64,000 nucleotides of DNA from Cenarchaeum sp. (GCA_965212015.1 OZ243037.1:1184001-1248000); one strand, 5' to 3'. Counted from the first letter of the stretch, positions 10,553 to 21,400 are shown. Translations and numbers: made by a program. The notes: generated by a model not told the origin, from the letters alone.

Positions 10553-11692
10553 CTATTGTATTACTTCGCACAACGGGTTTGCCTTTATCACGATGAGATC
10601 ATTGTTTTTCTTGCCCTTTTTGATTTTTTCAAGGTCTTTTTTGGAGCAGACTACGACTATGATGATCCTGTCGTCGTGGTACAGATCAAGGTTGCTTTCC
10701 TCGTACGATTCCACATCCCCGATATAGTCGCGAAGATGCGACGTCAGGTGCCGGTACATTTCAATTTTATCGCCCCGCATCTCGTGCCGATCCATGGTCC
10801 ACGCGAGGGCAATCTTGATTCTGCTGGCCTTGAGATCGTTTTTCTTTAATGTGGAGCGGATCTCGTCTATCAGCCGTTTGATATATCCCTCTATTCCTTT
10901 TACTCCCCCGTTTATCAGGTACATGAGCGTGCTTGTGCCCTCAAAGGAGGTTCCAAGCGAGCGCAGATCATACAGCCCCCCTACCATGTCATCAAAGAAC
11001 ATGTTCTTGAATTCGTCAGACGAGAGATCTCTCCGCGTCTGCTTGTCCATGACGAACTTGAAGACCTCAAGGATGCTGCAAAGCGTGGAGAAATGCGTCA
11101 GCACGTCAATTGCGTGATAGTGCTCAGAAGACGACAGGGAAACAAAGCTTTTTGCGGCCTTGTCGGCTAGCAGTTCCAGCAGTTTTTCGTCGGTTTTATT
11201 GTTAAACGAGCCGATTACATGCGGGTTGTTCTCTGCGGAGCTTAGGGGATAGTAATAGTACGATGTGGTCTTTCCCACCTCAAAGCCCGTCACGTGTTCA
11301 AGCAGTGATATGTTCTCGTTGTTTCCGTTAAACCCCGTGGGAAGGTTGTACACCACGGAGCTGTTTTTCTTGAGGGCCGATATGGCATCCTTGAATTTCG
11401 AGTGGATTTCCGTTTTTATGTCCTGGCCGGTTTTTCTTATTCTGGGTGCGAAAAACAGGTACTGCGCCTTTGAGATGGCCACGTCGATGGGCTCAAGGGA
11501 CAGTATGGGCTCGTCCTCCTGCAGTGAGGAGACATCAGGGTAGGATTTTGCAATGTCAGGCGTGAGGGATATGGCAGACGGCGTAAGCTCGTCGATAAGC
11601 GAGACTGGGATTCCCCTGATGGCCATTTGACACGCAATTGCATAGCCCTCGGTGCTGAGTCCGTAAACTACCACCTTGGGGCCTTTCATCAC
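10553..11692 (-). CDS. Conserved hypothetical protein with degenerate NDP-sugar dehydrogenase-like Rossmann fold
   Basis: N-terminal KVVVYGLSTEGYAIA; C-terminal KIALAW...DRHEMR resembles the UDP-binding domain; no catalytic GGxC. Confidence 0.75.
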   Translation of the reverse strand: MMKGPKVVVYGLSTEGYAIACQMAIRGIPVSLIDELTPSAISLTPDIAKSYPDVSSLQEDEPILSLEPIDVAISKAQYLFFAPRIRKTGQDIKTEIHSKFKDAISALKKNSSVVYNLPTGFNGNNENISLLEHVTGFEVGKTTSYYYYPLSSAENNPHVIGSFNNKTDEKLLELLADKAAKSFVSLSSSEHYHAIDVLTHFSTLCSILEVFKFVMDKQTRRDLSSDEFKNMFFDDMVGGLYDLRSLGTSFEGTSTLMYLINGGVKGIEGYIKRLIDEIRSTLKKNDLKASRIKIALAWTMDRHEMRGDKIEMYRHLTSHLRDYIGDVESYEESNLDLYHDDRIIIVVVCSKKDLEKIKKGKKNNDLIVIKANPLCEVIQ

Positions 11693-12234
11693 ACAAAATC
11701 AGCGTGAATGGACTAAAAACTTATTGAACTAGGGGATTCCGTCGGAAATGCCTGAAAATCAGGTTTGTGCCGGTTCTGCGGAATCGCCGTTTTTCAGACC
11801 ATCGCAAGACCGCCCCGCACGGTTTGGCGCTTTGCCGGATTTTTTATTTTTGGTATTTTCTGGCCGATTTTGCCAGAAATCACCGCTTTTGCATGCAAAA
11901 TGGAGCTGGGTCTCGCGGCATTTGCATTCCATACAACACGGATGCGGATTCGGGAAGCTAGTTTGTCTGGAATTATGAGCAGTCAGAGTATGCCTGTTGT
12001 GACTGCAAATCGGGGCAGTTTTGGAGGTATTCGGCCAGAAAAGGCAGTGTCAGGATTGCACCGGGAAAAACCAGACGCATTCCCGCGTCTTGCGCCAGAA
12101 ATGCGGACTGTCCCAAAAAAACGCCGGCGACTGCAGGTGCCGTGAGATCGGCAGGTGGGATTTGCAGATGCGGCATGATACGGGCCGCTTGCAATAGAAA
12201 ATAACATTAAGGGATTGAAAACCTTGCTCATAGA

Positions 12235-12307
12235 AGCCCGGTAGTGTAGTGGTCAAGCATGGGGGCCTTTGGAGCCCTTGACCCCAGTTCGAGTCTGGGC
12301 CGGGCTA
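12235..12307 (+). tRNA. tRNA-Gln(TTG)
   Basis: Acceptor stem AGCCCGG/CCGGGCT, anticodon arm GGGGC-CTTTGGA-GCCCT, GTTCGAGTC T-loop. Confidence 0.96.
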
Positions 12308-12318
12308 TCTCTTTTTTT
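12308..12318 (+). terminator. Oligo-T archaeal terminator after tRNA-Gln
   Basis: TCTCTTTTTTT immediately 3' of the tRNA. Confidence 0.55.
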
Positions 12319-12324
12319 GCGGTG

Positions 12325-13086
12325 CTAAAAGTCCAGCTTTGTCAGCATCTTGATGGCGACTGCAAACAGTCCCGCTGCAAGTACGGTCACTATCATCATC
12401 TCTACTATGACAAACTCTGTGATGGTTCCAAAGATTCCCGCCCGGATCACGTCCACAAGATAGGTCAGGGGATTGAGGTAAAAGGCAACTGAGAGCAGCT
12501 CGGGGGCGCCAGATGCGGGATAAAACGCCGTGCTGACAAACGCAAAAAACAAAAACACCGTGTTGATAATTACATTAAACCCCTCGCTTGATTTGAGCCT
12601 CGTCGATATTATCGACGCTATGGAGCCGAACAGGATCGAGCCCGTAATGGCGGCAAAGACTAGCAGCGGGATCGTTACAAGGCCAAACTCAACCTGTTCG
12701 AAATAAACCAGGTATCCCAGCGCCGCAATCAGGGCGGCGCTGACCAGTCCCACGATTCCCTGCGTGATCACGTTGCTTATGATATAGTGCGTCCTGGTAA
12801 ACGGCCCGGACATGATCTGCTCGAACATTCCGTGCCGCCTGTCATTCCAGATTATTATCCCGGTAACCAGCGTGCTGTTCATTATGTTAAAGCCGATCAT
12901 TCCCGTAGCCAGATACGCCGGATACCCGAGATCCTTGTCCCCGAACGGGACCTTTTCAATCAGGGAGGTGTATGCGAATCCCGCCACAAAGATGTAAATC
13001 AGCGGGAATATCACCTGCCAAATCAGGAATCCGGGGTTCAACGAGATGGTGATGTTGCGGTTTACAAGCCTAATTACCGGATGCAT
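12325..13086 (-). CDS. ABC-2 type exporter permease
   Basis: Multiple TM helices; NPLTYLVDVIR motif; start taken at MHPVIRLVNRN. Confidence 0.92.
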   Translation of the reverse strand: MHPVIRLVNRNITISLNPGFLIWQVIFPLIYIFVAGFAYTSLIEKVPFGDKDLGYPAYLATGMIGFNIMNSTLVTGIIIWNDRRHGMFEQIMSGPFTRTHYIISNVITQGIVGLVSAALIAALGYLVYFEQVEFGLVTIPLLVFAAITGSILFGSIASIISTRLKSSEGFNVIINTVFLFFAFVSTAFYPASGAPELLSVAFYLNPLTYLVDVIRAGIFGTITEFVIVEMMIVTVLAAGLFAVAIKMLTKLDF

Positions 13087-14011
13087 CGTAATCCTCCACC
13101 ACTTTGAGAAATATCTCCTCGAGGTTCGTGGGAACGGCGGACAGATCCTCAATCTCGACGCCGTTGTCGCCGAGTATCTGCAGCACCCGCAACAGGACGC
13201 CGCTGGACCCGGCAGAGCGTATGGTGATGTCAGTGCCGGTCCCGAATTCTATCTTGCAGTCGCCGATTCCCCCCAGCAGCCCGGCGACGTCCTGCCTCCT
13301 AGAGGAGATGTGAATCTTGATTGTCTTTTGCTGGCCGAACCTGTTTTTGAGCTCCTCAGGCGAGGCGACTGTAATGATTCTCCCCTTGTTGATTATGGCT
13401 ATCTCGTCGCAGATGTACTCGGCCTCTGTCAGAACGTGCGTGGTAAAAAAAATCGTCAGGCCCGATTTTGCCTTGTTTTTGAGATAGTCAAGCAGGCTTC
13501 TTCGCGCCGAGGGATCCAGGCCGGAGGTGGGCTCGTCAAGAAACAAGAGATCCATGTCGTGCATGAACTCCCTTGCAACCTGCACCCTGCGCCTCTGCCC
13601 TATCGAGAGATCCTCGTTTTTCTGTCCCCTGATCCCAGACAGGCCAAAGTCGGCTATCAGCTGCTCTGTGCGCCTCCTGCGATCCGCCGCCGGAACGTCC
13701 CACATCATGCCGTACTTTTCTAGCGACTTTTCAACGGTCAGGGTGGGCTCGTAGCTTGGCTGCTGGAGGACGACGCCTATTCTTTTTCTCACCCCAAGGG
13801 GGTGCGCCGTCGCGTCGGTTCCAAACACGCTCAGCTCCCCGCTGCTTGGCCGAATCAGGGTGGTAAGCAGCTTTATGGTGGTGGATTTGCCCGCCCCGTT
13901 GGGGCCCAAAAACCCAAAGACCTGCCCGGATTTCACCGACAGATCGATGCAATCCACGGCATTGACGCCCCCGTATGACTTTGTCATCTTGCGCGCGCTA
14001 ATACACGACAT
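13070..14011 (-). CDS. ABC exporter ATP-binding protein (DrrA-like)
   Basis: Walker A GPNGAGKST, signature LSIGQ, Walker B LFLDEPTSGLD, H-loop. Confidence 0.95.
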   Translation of the reverse strand: MSCISARKMTKSYGGVNAVDCIDLSVKSGQVFGFLGPNGAGKSTTIKLLTTLIRPSSGELSVFGTDATAHPLGVRKRIGVVLQQPSYEPTLTVEKSLEKYGMMWDVPAADRRRRTEQLIADFGLSGIRGQKNEDLSIGQRRRVQVAREFMHDMDLLFLDEPTSGLDPSARRSLLDYLKNKAKSGLTIFFTTHVLTEAEYICDEIAIINKGRIITVASPEELKNRFGQQKTIKIHISSRRQDVAGLLGGIGDCKIEFGTGTDITIRSAGSSGVLLRVLQILGDNGVEIEDLSAVPTNLEEIFLKVVEDYDASGN

Positions 14012-14079
14012 GACCGTGATCCGGGGCGCCTCCTAATGTAGTTAATGAAATTTTTATAATGCGTCATTTGCAAACAAGC

Positions 14080-15474
14080 ATGGCCGAATTCGACGAACTG
14101 CTAAAAAAACTGCTGGGGCAGAGGCCGGAGCTGAGCCAGGCCGATATCGAGGAGAGGATCAAGCAAAAGAAGGAAAAGATCGGGGCGGGCTATCTCACCG
14201 ATCAGGGGGCCCTGTTCTTGATTGCAGCGGATCTGGACATATCGATTGCCGGGCCGCTCAAAGTCGAGATGGGCCTCAAGGATCTGTACGTGGGGGCAAA
14301 AGAGATCTCCGTAGAGACCCGGGTGCTGAACCTCTCGCCCACAAAGCAGTATTCCAGAAAGGACGGCACAGAGTTCTCGCTGCGCACAATGACGGTATAC
14401 GACGGGGACTCGACTGCAAGCGTAAAGCTGTGGGACGAAAAGGCCAACCTTCCCGGAATCGGCGAGCTAAAGCCGGGGGATTTGATTAGGATCATAAAGG
14501 CGTATGTAAAGTCCGACCTGGACGGGTCGGCCACCATCAATGTCGGCTCTGGATCAACCATCGAGCCGATGGAGGATCAAAGCAGCATCCCCTCGATTGA
14601 CTCGATAACTGTGGATTCAAGCCAGATCAAGGAGGGCGGAAAGAACCTCGTAGTCTCCGGACTAGTCGACGGCCCGATAGGCTCGATACAGTTTACCAAC
14701 TCGCGGGGACAGCCCGGCAAGGGGCTAAAGTTCGGATTAAAGGGCAAGGACGGCAAGTCAGTCAGGATAGTTGTGTGGGGACGGGACGAGGCAGACCTGC
14801 CGTCGGTGATATCGCTTGGCGCCAAGGCCAGGTTGCTCGGGGTCAGGACAAAGGACGGGCAGCAGGGGCTGGAGATTCACGGCAACGAGTCGACTATAAT
14901 CCAGATAGACGGCCCGCACGAGGCCCAGCCCGTCACTGCCAGGATAATTGCCATGACAAAGACCGACGCCGGAAACAGGATCGTGGGGGTGGACGGCGAG
15001 AGGAATCTCTTGCACTTTTCGGACGGCTCTGGCATCACAGGCGAGTTCAAGGAGGGCGACGTAATAGAGTGCATGCCCTCAAGGGCCTTTGGAAACTCGA
15101 TCACGCTTGATTCCAACTCGTTTGTAAGAAAGATGGACGACTCGCAGTCGATTCCCAAACGGGGCGAGCTGAGAACAAAGATCTCAGAGATAAGCGCCGA
15201 GAACACCTATTGTATAGAGGCCATAGTGCTAAAGATTCCCGGCAGGCGGGACATTCAGACAAAGGCAGGCGAGTCAGTGGCGCTGTCTGAAATGTTCATA
15301 GAGGACGACTCGGGACAGATGTGGGTCAAGGGATGGAGAAACAATGCCGGATTGATCGACAAGTGCTCGCTCGGGGAGATTGTCTCAATCGTGGATGTAG
15401 CCGCAAAGGCGGGCTTTGAGGGGAGAACCGAGCTGGTCCTGGGGGCGTTCTCAAAGGTAACCAAAAAGGACTAG
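14080..15474 (+). CDS. rpa: Replication protein A-like multi-OB-fold ssDNA-binding protein
   Basis: N-terminal GAGYLTDQGALFLIA helical domain plus repeated OB folds (DSTASVKLWD, RIVVWG, DDSGQMWVKGW). Confidence 0.88.
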   Translation: MAEFDELLKKLLGQRPELSQADIEERIKQKKEKIGAGYLTDQGALFLIAADLDISIAGPLKVEMGLKDLYVGAKEISVETRVLNLSPTKQYSRKDGTEFSLRTMTVYDGDSTASVKLWDEKANLPGIGELKPGDLIRIIKAYVKSDLDGSATINVGSGSTIEPMEDQSSIPSIDSITVDSSQIKEGGKNLVVSGLVDGPIGSIQFTNSRGQPGKGLKFGLKGKDGKSVRIVVWGRDEADLPSVISLGAKARLLGVRTKDGQQGLEIHGNESTIIQIDGPHEAQPVTARIIAMTKTDAGNRIVGVDGERNLLHFSDGSGITGEFKEGDVIECMPSRAFGNSITLDSNSFVRKMDDSQSIPKRGELRTKISEISAENTYCIEAIVLKIPGRRDIQTKAGESVALSEMFIEDDSGQMWVKGWRNNAGLIDKCSLGEIVSIVDVAAKAGFEGRTELVLGAFSKVTKKD

Positions 15475-18197
15475 TCCCAAAAACCCCGGGTCATCACGTA
15501 CTGCCTTTCTGCCTCGTATATCTGCCTAAAGAGGGTCTCGCCGTCAACCATGTTGCGCAGTATTCTCGCCGCAGTGTCGGCCCCTATGCCGTACCCCGAA
15601 AGGACCACCAGCGCGGTCCTGCCAAAGTTTTCAACCAGCGATGCCACCTTCCACGCCCTGTCCAGCCTGCGGGCCTCCTCGGCAGACGGCCTTGCTCCGC
15701 CGTGCCTTTTGCGTATTATCCCCGACAGGTCGTGGTCAGAATAAAACGTGGCCGTGATCTGGCGGCCCTTGCAGCGGGGGCACGACATTTTGCCGGGCAC
15801 CTCGCATGTCTTGTAGGAGCGCTCCCACTGCCCGCACCTTGCGCAGACCAGCCTGTGGACGGTCCCGTCCAGGCGCTTTTTTATCACCTCTAGGATCTTT
15901 TGGTCCACGTCTGCCGGCGACGAATAGTACTTTGCAAGGTGATCCAGTATGGGCTCGGCCAGCTTGGAGAACTTGGATACGTCAAGCCATTTTACCGCAA
16001 TCTCGCCGCCCCTAATCTCGTCAAGGACAGTCTGCGTCCTTGCAAGATCATACTTGTCATGGAATAGCTCGCGCAGCGCCTCCTTGACTATCGGGGTCTT
16101 GGAGTATTTTTCATACAGGTATCTCGTAAGCCTGCGCTCGTATGCGTCGTGCCTTCCGACGACGCCGAATTTTTTCGAGACGCACCACGTCCTCCAGTTG
16201 GCATTGTGGGTGCCGTCAAGGGATGCTGCCACTATCACGGACAGGTCATAGCTGTCGTGCAGCACCTTGCAGAGCATCTTTTCTGTTATCCTAGAGTTAG
16301 AAGAGAGGACAATCCTGTACGCATCAGATCTCGATTCCACAGAAGAGTCAAGCAGGGACGTCATCATGGAGGAGAGCAGCGCAGAGAGTGTAGAGTTTAT
16401 CCTGGTCCCCAGACACGCGTGCATGACTATCACGCCGCTCGACCTTGAGGATTCTACTGTGATCGTTTTTTCATCGGGAGCCGTGCCAAAGTCCAGCTTG
16501 GAGACGGTCTTGTCCACCAGTGCCAGCTTGAATCCGGCCTTGCTTCTAAAGAATCCCGCCCGCCTGGCCGTCCCAAGATCAACTGGGATGTTCTCGCCCT
16601 CCCAGTACGGGACGGTAATCTCCCCTGCGTGGTGCGGCTCGACGTTTACCTGCTGGGATTTTTCATCAACGTTGAGTATCCTCCACTTGGAGCCGCGCAG
16701 GACAAAGACGTTTCCCTGCTTGCCATAGTCGCCGACAAACCTCTGATCAAGCGTTCCGATCATCTTTTTTCCCACCGAATCAAACACGCGGAACCGGAGT
16801 CTGTCCGGAATCGTCGAGAGGTTTTCAAAATAATACCTAAACGAGCCGTTTTTTTTCCGCAGCAGCATTTTTTCCCTGTCAAATAGCAGCAGGTACCGGG
16901 AATCAAGCAGCTCAACTACGCTGAGAAAATCCCCCCGCGTTACGCCGCAAAACGGATACGCCTGCGTGACTATCCCAAAGGCGCGCTCTATTGTAATGCT
17001 GCCCAGCTGCATCGTCAGGCCGACCAGATGGTGTGCAAGGACGTCAAGGGAGCCGTCGTGGATCTTTTGCTCCTCGATAGAACCCTTTTCTATCCTCTCC
17101 AGGATTGCCCTCGTCTCGCACTCGTCATCAACATTGTTCGTCACGACCAGCCCCCTTGCAGAGGATCCCCTGTTGTGCCTGCTTCTTCCTATCCTTTGCA
17201 TGAGCTTCGTTACCTGCCTGGGCGAGCCATAATGGATTACCAGCTCGACTGAGCCGATGTCCAGTCCCAGCTCCAGTGAAGAGGTGCACACGACGAGCCC
17301 AAACCGGCCCTCCTTGAGCGAGTCCTCTGTCTGCTCGCGCACCTCCCTTGAGAGCGATCCGTGGTGCAGCTCGACTGGAATGGACGATTTTTCCTTGAGG
17401 ACTGATGCCAGAAATTCCGCCTCGCCCCTGCTGTTTGTAAAAAGAAGCACCGGCGAGTCCAGGTTGAGGGCGCCGACATACTCTATGATTGATTCGGCCA
17501 CATCAGAGATGGATCCGTCAATATGCCTTATCTCTACGTCGTATTTCCGGACAGAGGCATCCTCGATTATCTTGCACTTTCTTTTCGTTCCTGCTATGAA
17601 TTTTGAGGCGGCGACTGCGTTTCCCACCGTGGCAGACAGCCCTATCCTGGTCAAATCCCTGTCCGAGTTGATTGCCAGCCTCTCCAAGCTCAGCGACAGC
17701 TGCGATCCCCGCTCGTTGGGCAGCAGCTCGTGGACCTCGTCGATTACCACCCATTCCAGCTCAGAGAGGGCATCCAGCATGTTTTTCTGCGTCAGCACTA
17801 CTACAAGGGTCTCCGGGGTGGTGATGAGCACGTCGGGGGGCTCTAGCGATATCTTTTTTCTGATTTTTGGCGGGGTGTCGCCGTGCCGTATCTCAATTGA
17901 CAGATTATCTGCCTTGGCATACGACGTGATGCGCCTAAAGACGTCGCGGTTGAGCGCACGCAGCGGCGTTATGTACAGGACCCTGATTTTTCCGTGCTCC
18001 CTGAGGTTCCGCAGGTGAGAAAAGATTGGAATTATCGCGCACTCTGTCTTGCCCGAGCCCGTCGGGGCTATCACCAGCGAGTCTTTTTTCTGGTATATCA
18101 CAGGTACTGCCTTTTTCTGTATCTCCGTTAGACGCCCAAAGCCAAGGGATTGAAACTTTTCTGCCAGTACATGATCACGAGGCCGGCTCTTTTGCAT
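15471..18197 (-). CDS. lhr: Lhr-family ATP-dependent DEAD/DEAH helicase
   Basis: APTGSGKT, YITPLRAL, TTPETL, DEVH, SAT, HHGSLS, LELGLDIG, QRIGRS motifs; C-terminal Zn ribbon. Confidence 0.94.
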   Translation of the reverse strand: MQKSRPRDHVLAEKFQSLGFGRLTEIQKKAVPVIYQKKDSLVIAPTGSGKTECAIIPIFSHLRNLREHGKIRVLYITPLRALNRDVFRRITSYAKADNLSIEIRHGDTPPKIRKKISLEPPDVLITTPETLVVVLTQKNMLDALSELEWVVIDEVHELLPNERGSQLSLSLERLAINSDRDLTRIGLSATVGNAVAASKFIAGTKRKCKIIEDASVRKYDVEIRHIDGSISDVAESIIEYVGALNLDSPVLLFTNSRGEAEFLASVLKEKSSIPVELHHGSLSREVREQTEDSLKEGRFGLVVCTSSLELGLDIGSVELVIHYGSPRQVTKLMQRIGRSRHNRGSSARGLVVTNNVDDECETRAILERIEKGSIEEQKIHDGSLDVLAHHLVGLTMQLGSITIERAFGIVTQAYPFCGVTRGDFLSVVELLDSRYLLLFDREKMLLRKKNGSFRYYFENLSTIPDRLRFRVFDSVGKKMIGTLDQRFVGDYGKQGNVFVLRGSKWRILNVDEKSQQVNVEPHHAGEITVPYWEGENIPVDLGTARRAGFFRSKAGFKLALVDKTVSKLDFGTAPDEKTITVESSRSSGVIVMHACLGTRINSTLSALLSSMMTSLLDSSVESRSDAYRIVLSSNSRITEKMLCKVLHDSYDLSVIVAASLDGTHNANWRTWCVSKKFGVVGRHDAYERRLTRYLYEKYSKTPIVKEALRELFHDKYDLARTQTVLDEIRGGEIAVKWLDVSKFSKLAEPILDHLAKYYSSPADVDQKILEVIKKRLDGTVHRLVCARCGQWERSYKTCEVPGKMSCPRCKGRQITATFYSDHDLSGIIRKRHGGARPSAEEARRLDRAWKVASLVENFGRTALVVLSGYGIGADTAARILRNMVDGETLFRQIYEAERQYVMTRGFWD

Positions 18198-18325
18198 TTT
18201 TTGCCCTTGTCCGTTCGTACACCATGACGCCCACCAGTCCCGCGGCAAAAAGTATTACAGAGATTATCGGAATTTGATCAAATATTCCCGCCATGTGCAG
18301 TGTCGTATTTTCACGGTTAAATAGA

Positions 18326-18973
18326 TTAAGGTGCGCCAGAGATGCCCTCCGGCGTGATTACAAGGGAGAGCTTTGAGCTGCGGTTTACGGTAGTCGCCGT
18401 CCCGCGTATCGAATCCCCGTCCTTTGTCAGGCGGATTTTAAGGTGTGCAAATGGGCTGATCGCCCTTTCCATGCTTTCCACCCCGGTCCCGTCGATGTTC
18501 CGGATTGTATTAGTCATGATTACCGGAATGTCCTGCTCGATTGAAATCCTGGACAGATCGTGCATGTATTTCATGAATAGCTTGTTTTTCTCAAGGGACT
18601 GCCCCTCCCGGGAGAATTCAAAGGAGAATAGCTCCGTGACGCCCTCGATTATCACCAGCGAAAAGCACGGCCGGATCCTCAGGAGGCCGGAGATTTGCTC
18701 GCCCGTGTTGGTGATCCTCAGGACCCGGATGCGCTCTAGCAGTCCCCCGTCCCCGCCTTTAGTCCCGAGCATCTCTAGTATTCTTTCTGGCCTGAACTCG
18801 CCTTTTGTGTCCAGAAACAGGACCGTGTGTCCGTGCGCCACTGCGTTTGCGCACACCTGAAAGACAAGCTGCGTCTTGCCAGAAGCGGGGGAGCCGAAAA
18901 TATCCGTGACTAGGCCTCCCCGGAATCCTCCGTTTAGAAGCTCGTCGATCTGTGCAATGCCGGACTCTATCAC
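18326..18973 (-). CDS. radB: RadB/RadA-paralogue recombinase-like ATPase
   Basis: IDELLNGG, GSPASGKTQ Walker A, LDTKGEFRPERI; no N-terminal RadA HhH domain. Confidence 0.8.
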   Translation of the reverse strand: MIESGIAQIDELLNGGFRGGLVTDIFGSPASGKTQLVFQVCANAVAHGHTVLFLDTKGEFRPERILEMLGTKGGDGGLLERIRVLRITNTGEQISGLLRIRPCFSLVIIEGVTELFSFEFSREGQSLEKNKLFMKYMHDLSRISIEQDIPVIMTNTIRNIDGTGVESMERAISPFAHLKIRLTKDGDSIRGTATTVNRSSKLSLVITPEGISGAP

Positions 18974-19059
18974 ACACTGTACACATTCAAAGTGAAAATT
19001 AAACGAATCTTATCTGCTTCTAAAAGAGGCAAGGCTTTTATTCTAGTTAGCATCGATGC

Positions 19060-19320
19060 ATGACGAGTGAGCGATTAGTGTCAGAATCTAGTGCAAAAAG
19101 ACCCCTAACCATACTACAAAAAAGCACCAAGAAAAAAGTTACAATTCGTCTGAAAAACGAGGTGGAATACAAGGGAAAGATGGACAATGTTGATTCCTAT
19201 ATGAATCTCATAATGACGGATGCCGACGAGCTCCACGACGGCAGGGTCATTGCAAACTATGGCAGGGTCATAGTGCGGGGAAACAATGTGCTGTTCATAA
19301 AGCTAGAAAATGAGCTGTAA
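19060..19320 (+). CDS. lsm: Lsm/Sm-like RNA-binding protein
   Basis: Sm1 (KGKMDNVDSYMNLIM) and Sm2 (VIVRGNNV) motifs; true start may be GTG 19078. Confidence 0.93.
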   Translation: MTSERLVSESSAKRPLTILQKSTKKKVTIRLKNEVEYKGKMDNVDSYMNLIMTDADELHDGRVIANYGRVIVRGNNVLFIKLENEL

Positions 19321-19335
19321 TTTCTGGTGGTTTTT

Positions 19336-20502
19336 ATGACAAGGAATTTTCTGTTTACATCAGAGTCAGTCACGGAGGGTCACCCAGACAAGGTCTGTGA
19401 TCAAATCTCCGATGCGATTTTAGACGAATACCTGAGGCAGGATCCCGATTCCAGGGTCGCAGTGGAGACGATGGCGACTACTGACTTTGTCGCAGTGGCA
19501 GGCGAGGTGACTTCGAGGGCGGAGTTTGGCCGGGATGCGCAAGAAAAGCTAGTCAGGGATACGATTCGGGAGATAGGCTATGACAGCGCGGATCTAAAGT
19601 TTGACGCAGAGACGTGCCGCGTGGAGCTGAGAATCCACGCCCAGAGTCCGGATATCAGCCAGGGGGTGACTGCCACGGACGGCAGGGAACAGGGGGCAGG
19701 CGACCAGGGACTGATGTTCGGATATGCAACAAACGAGACAGACGAGCTCATGCCGCTGCCGATACTGCTGGCGCACAAGCTTACAGAAAAGCTCGCCGCA
19801 GTCAGAAAGTCAGGCGCCATTGACTGGATGAGGCCCGATGGAAAATCGCAGGTGTCAGTAGAGTACGAGGACGACAAGCCAAAAAGGATCGAGACTGTCG
19901 TAATCTCTACGCAGCACAAGCCAGAGGTATCCGCAGACAGGATAACAGACGCCATGATCGGCGAGGTGATAAAGCCGGTATGCGGAAAGTTCTGGAGCGA
20001 CAAGATAAAAGTGCACGTAAACCCGACTGGCAGATTCGAGCTCGGAGGGCCGCATGCAGACACCGGACTGACGGGAAGAAAGATCATAGTAGACACATAC
20101 GGCGGGTTTGGGCGCCACGGCGGAGGTGCCTTTTCGGGAAAGGATCCCTCAAAGGTCGACAGATCTGCGTGCTATATGTGCAGGTACATTGCAAAGAACA
20201 TAGTCGCAGCCGGACTGGCAGACAGGTGCGAGATTCAGGTGGCATACGCAATAGGCGTGGCCGAGCCTGTGTCCCTGATGATCAACACGTTTGGAACATT
20301 CAAGATTCCGGAGGAGGGCATTGAGGGTATAGTAAGAAAGCACTTTAAGATGACTCCGGCCGCAATCATTGCGCAGCTTGGCTTGAAGAGGCCGATCTTC
20401 AAAAAGACTGCGTCATACGGGCACTTTGGAAGGGACAATCCCGAGTTCAGCTGGGAGAGAACGGACAGGGCAGACGAGCTAAGACAGGCCGCTGGCCTCT
20501 AG
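19336..20502 (+). CDS. metK: S-adenosylmethionine synthetase, bacterial/eukaryotic type
   Basis: [34 protein letters not shown] motifs. Confidence 0.98.
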   Translation: MTRNFLFTSESVTEGHPDKVCDQISDAILDEYLRQDPDSRVAVETMATTDFVAVAGEVTSRAEFGRDAQEKLVRDTIREIGYDSADLKFDAETCRVELRIHAQSPDISQGVTATDGREQGAGDQGLMFGYATNETDELMPLPILLAHKLTEKLAAVRKSGAIDWMRPDGKSQVSVEYEDDKPKRIETVVISTQHKPEVSADRITDAMIGEVIKPVCGKFWSDKIKVHVNPTGRFELGGPHADTGLTGRKIIVDTYGGFGRHGGGAFSGKDPSKVDRSACYMCRYIAKNIVAAGLADRCEIQVAYAIGVAEPVSLMINTFGTFKIPEEGIEGIVRKHFKMTPAAIIAQLGLKRPIFKKTASYGHFGRDNPEFSWERTDRADELRQAAGL

Positions 20503-21324
20503 TGCGTCGGCATATCCCGCAAACTCTAGGCCGGATGATTTTTTCAGCGCTTTAAAATCGCCTGTAAATCCACCCACCAAAATGTTCAGATCGTCTATTC
20601 CAAAGACGGGATCGGGATCACGCATGGCCCGCCGGTATGCCTCCTCAAGGCTGATCTTTTTTGTCTTTTTAAAGCGCAGCGCAGAGACGAGGCGGCCGTA
20701 CGTTACGGTCTCCGGGCCCACCAGATCGACTGTCTTGCGCGAATATCCCGAATTGATGGACTGGAGGATTATCCTGCAGGCGTCATCAATGTGGATTGGC
20801 TGCATCGGGAATCTTCCAGAGCCGGGAATCACTATTTGGCCGGCGCGGATCTGTCTCTTGAGGCTTTTCGTGAGATGATCGTCTTTTCCGATTATGTAGG
20901 AGGGACGGAATATCGTATAGTCGAGCCCCGAGCGGATGACGGCCTGCTCTGCCCTGTACTTTGAGACGAAATAGTCAGTTACGGATTCCGGTGACGCCCC
21001 CAGCCCGCTGTTAAAGACGAATTTTTTTACGCCGGCCCTGCCGCACAGCCCGAGGAGCCTTTTTGTCAGGTTTACATTGACAGACGAATAGTCAGAGCCG
21101 GCATTCTGCCTTCCGATTCCGACCAGGTGGACAAATACGTCGCACCCCCCTAGCTTCGGGAGCAGCTTGTGCGTATAGTCCGTGATTACCTTGTCCTCGT
21201 TCTTGCGGCCCTCAAAGTCCCGGCGGGCGAGGCACACTGCAGAAATGCCTTTTTGGGCCAGCAGTCTTCTGAGGTTTCTTGCGACAAACCCGTCTGCCCC
21301 GCTGATTGCAACCCTGCCTGCCAT
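20479..21324 (-). CDS. NAD(P)-dependent epimerase/dehydratase (extended/atypical SDR, NDUFA9-like)
   Basis: SGADGFVA Rossmann motif, YFVSK (YxxxK), [15 protein letters not shown]. Confidence 0.88.
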   Translation of the reverse strand: MAGRVAISGADGFVARNLRRLLAQKGISAVCLARRDFEGRKNEDKVITDYTHKLLPKLGGCDVFVHLVGIGRQNAGSDYSSVNVNLTKRLLGLCGRAGVKKFVFNSGLGASPESVTDYFVSKYRAEQAVIRSGLDYTIFRPSYIIGKDDHLTKSLKRQIRAGQIVIPGSGRFPMQPIHIDDACRIILQSINSGYSRKTVDLVGPETVTYGRLVSALRFKKTKKISLEEAYRRAMRDPDPVFGIDDLNILVGGFTGDFKALKKSSGLEFAGYADALEASGLS

Positions 21325-21400
21325 GTATGGTTTATGCCGGTGCGGGATTTTAATTCATCCCTGTTAATGGTTTATCAAGAAGAATCGACACGGTATTGGC

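Noticed and set aside
11748-12256. Short ORFs in the gap upstream of tRNA-Gln, and the gap as a replication origin
   Set aside because: The overlapping ORFs lack motifs or coherent start signals; no cdc6/orc1 is adjacent and no ORB-like repeats were recognised.
19336-20502. Bacterial-type MetK (also DnaK/DnaJ/GrpE and class II HMGR) as recent horizontal transfer
   Set aside because: These are known ancestral features of Thaumarchaeota and their composition matches the flanking core genes.
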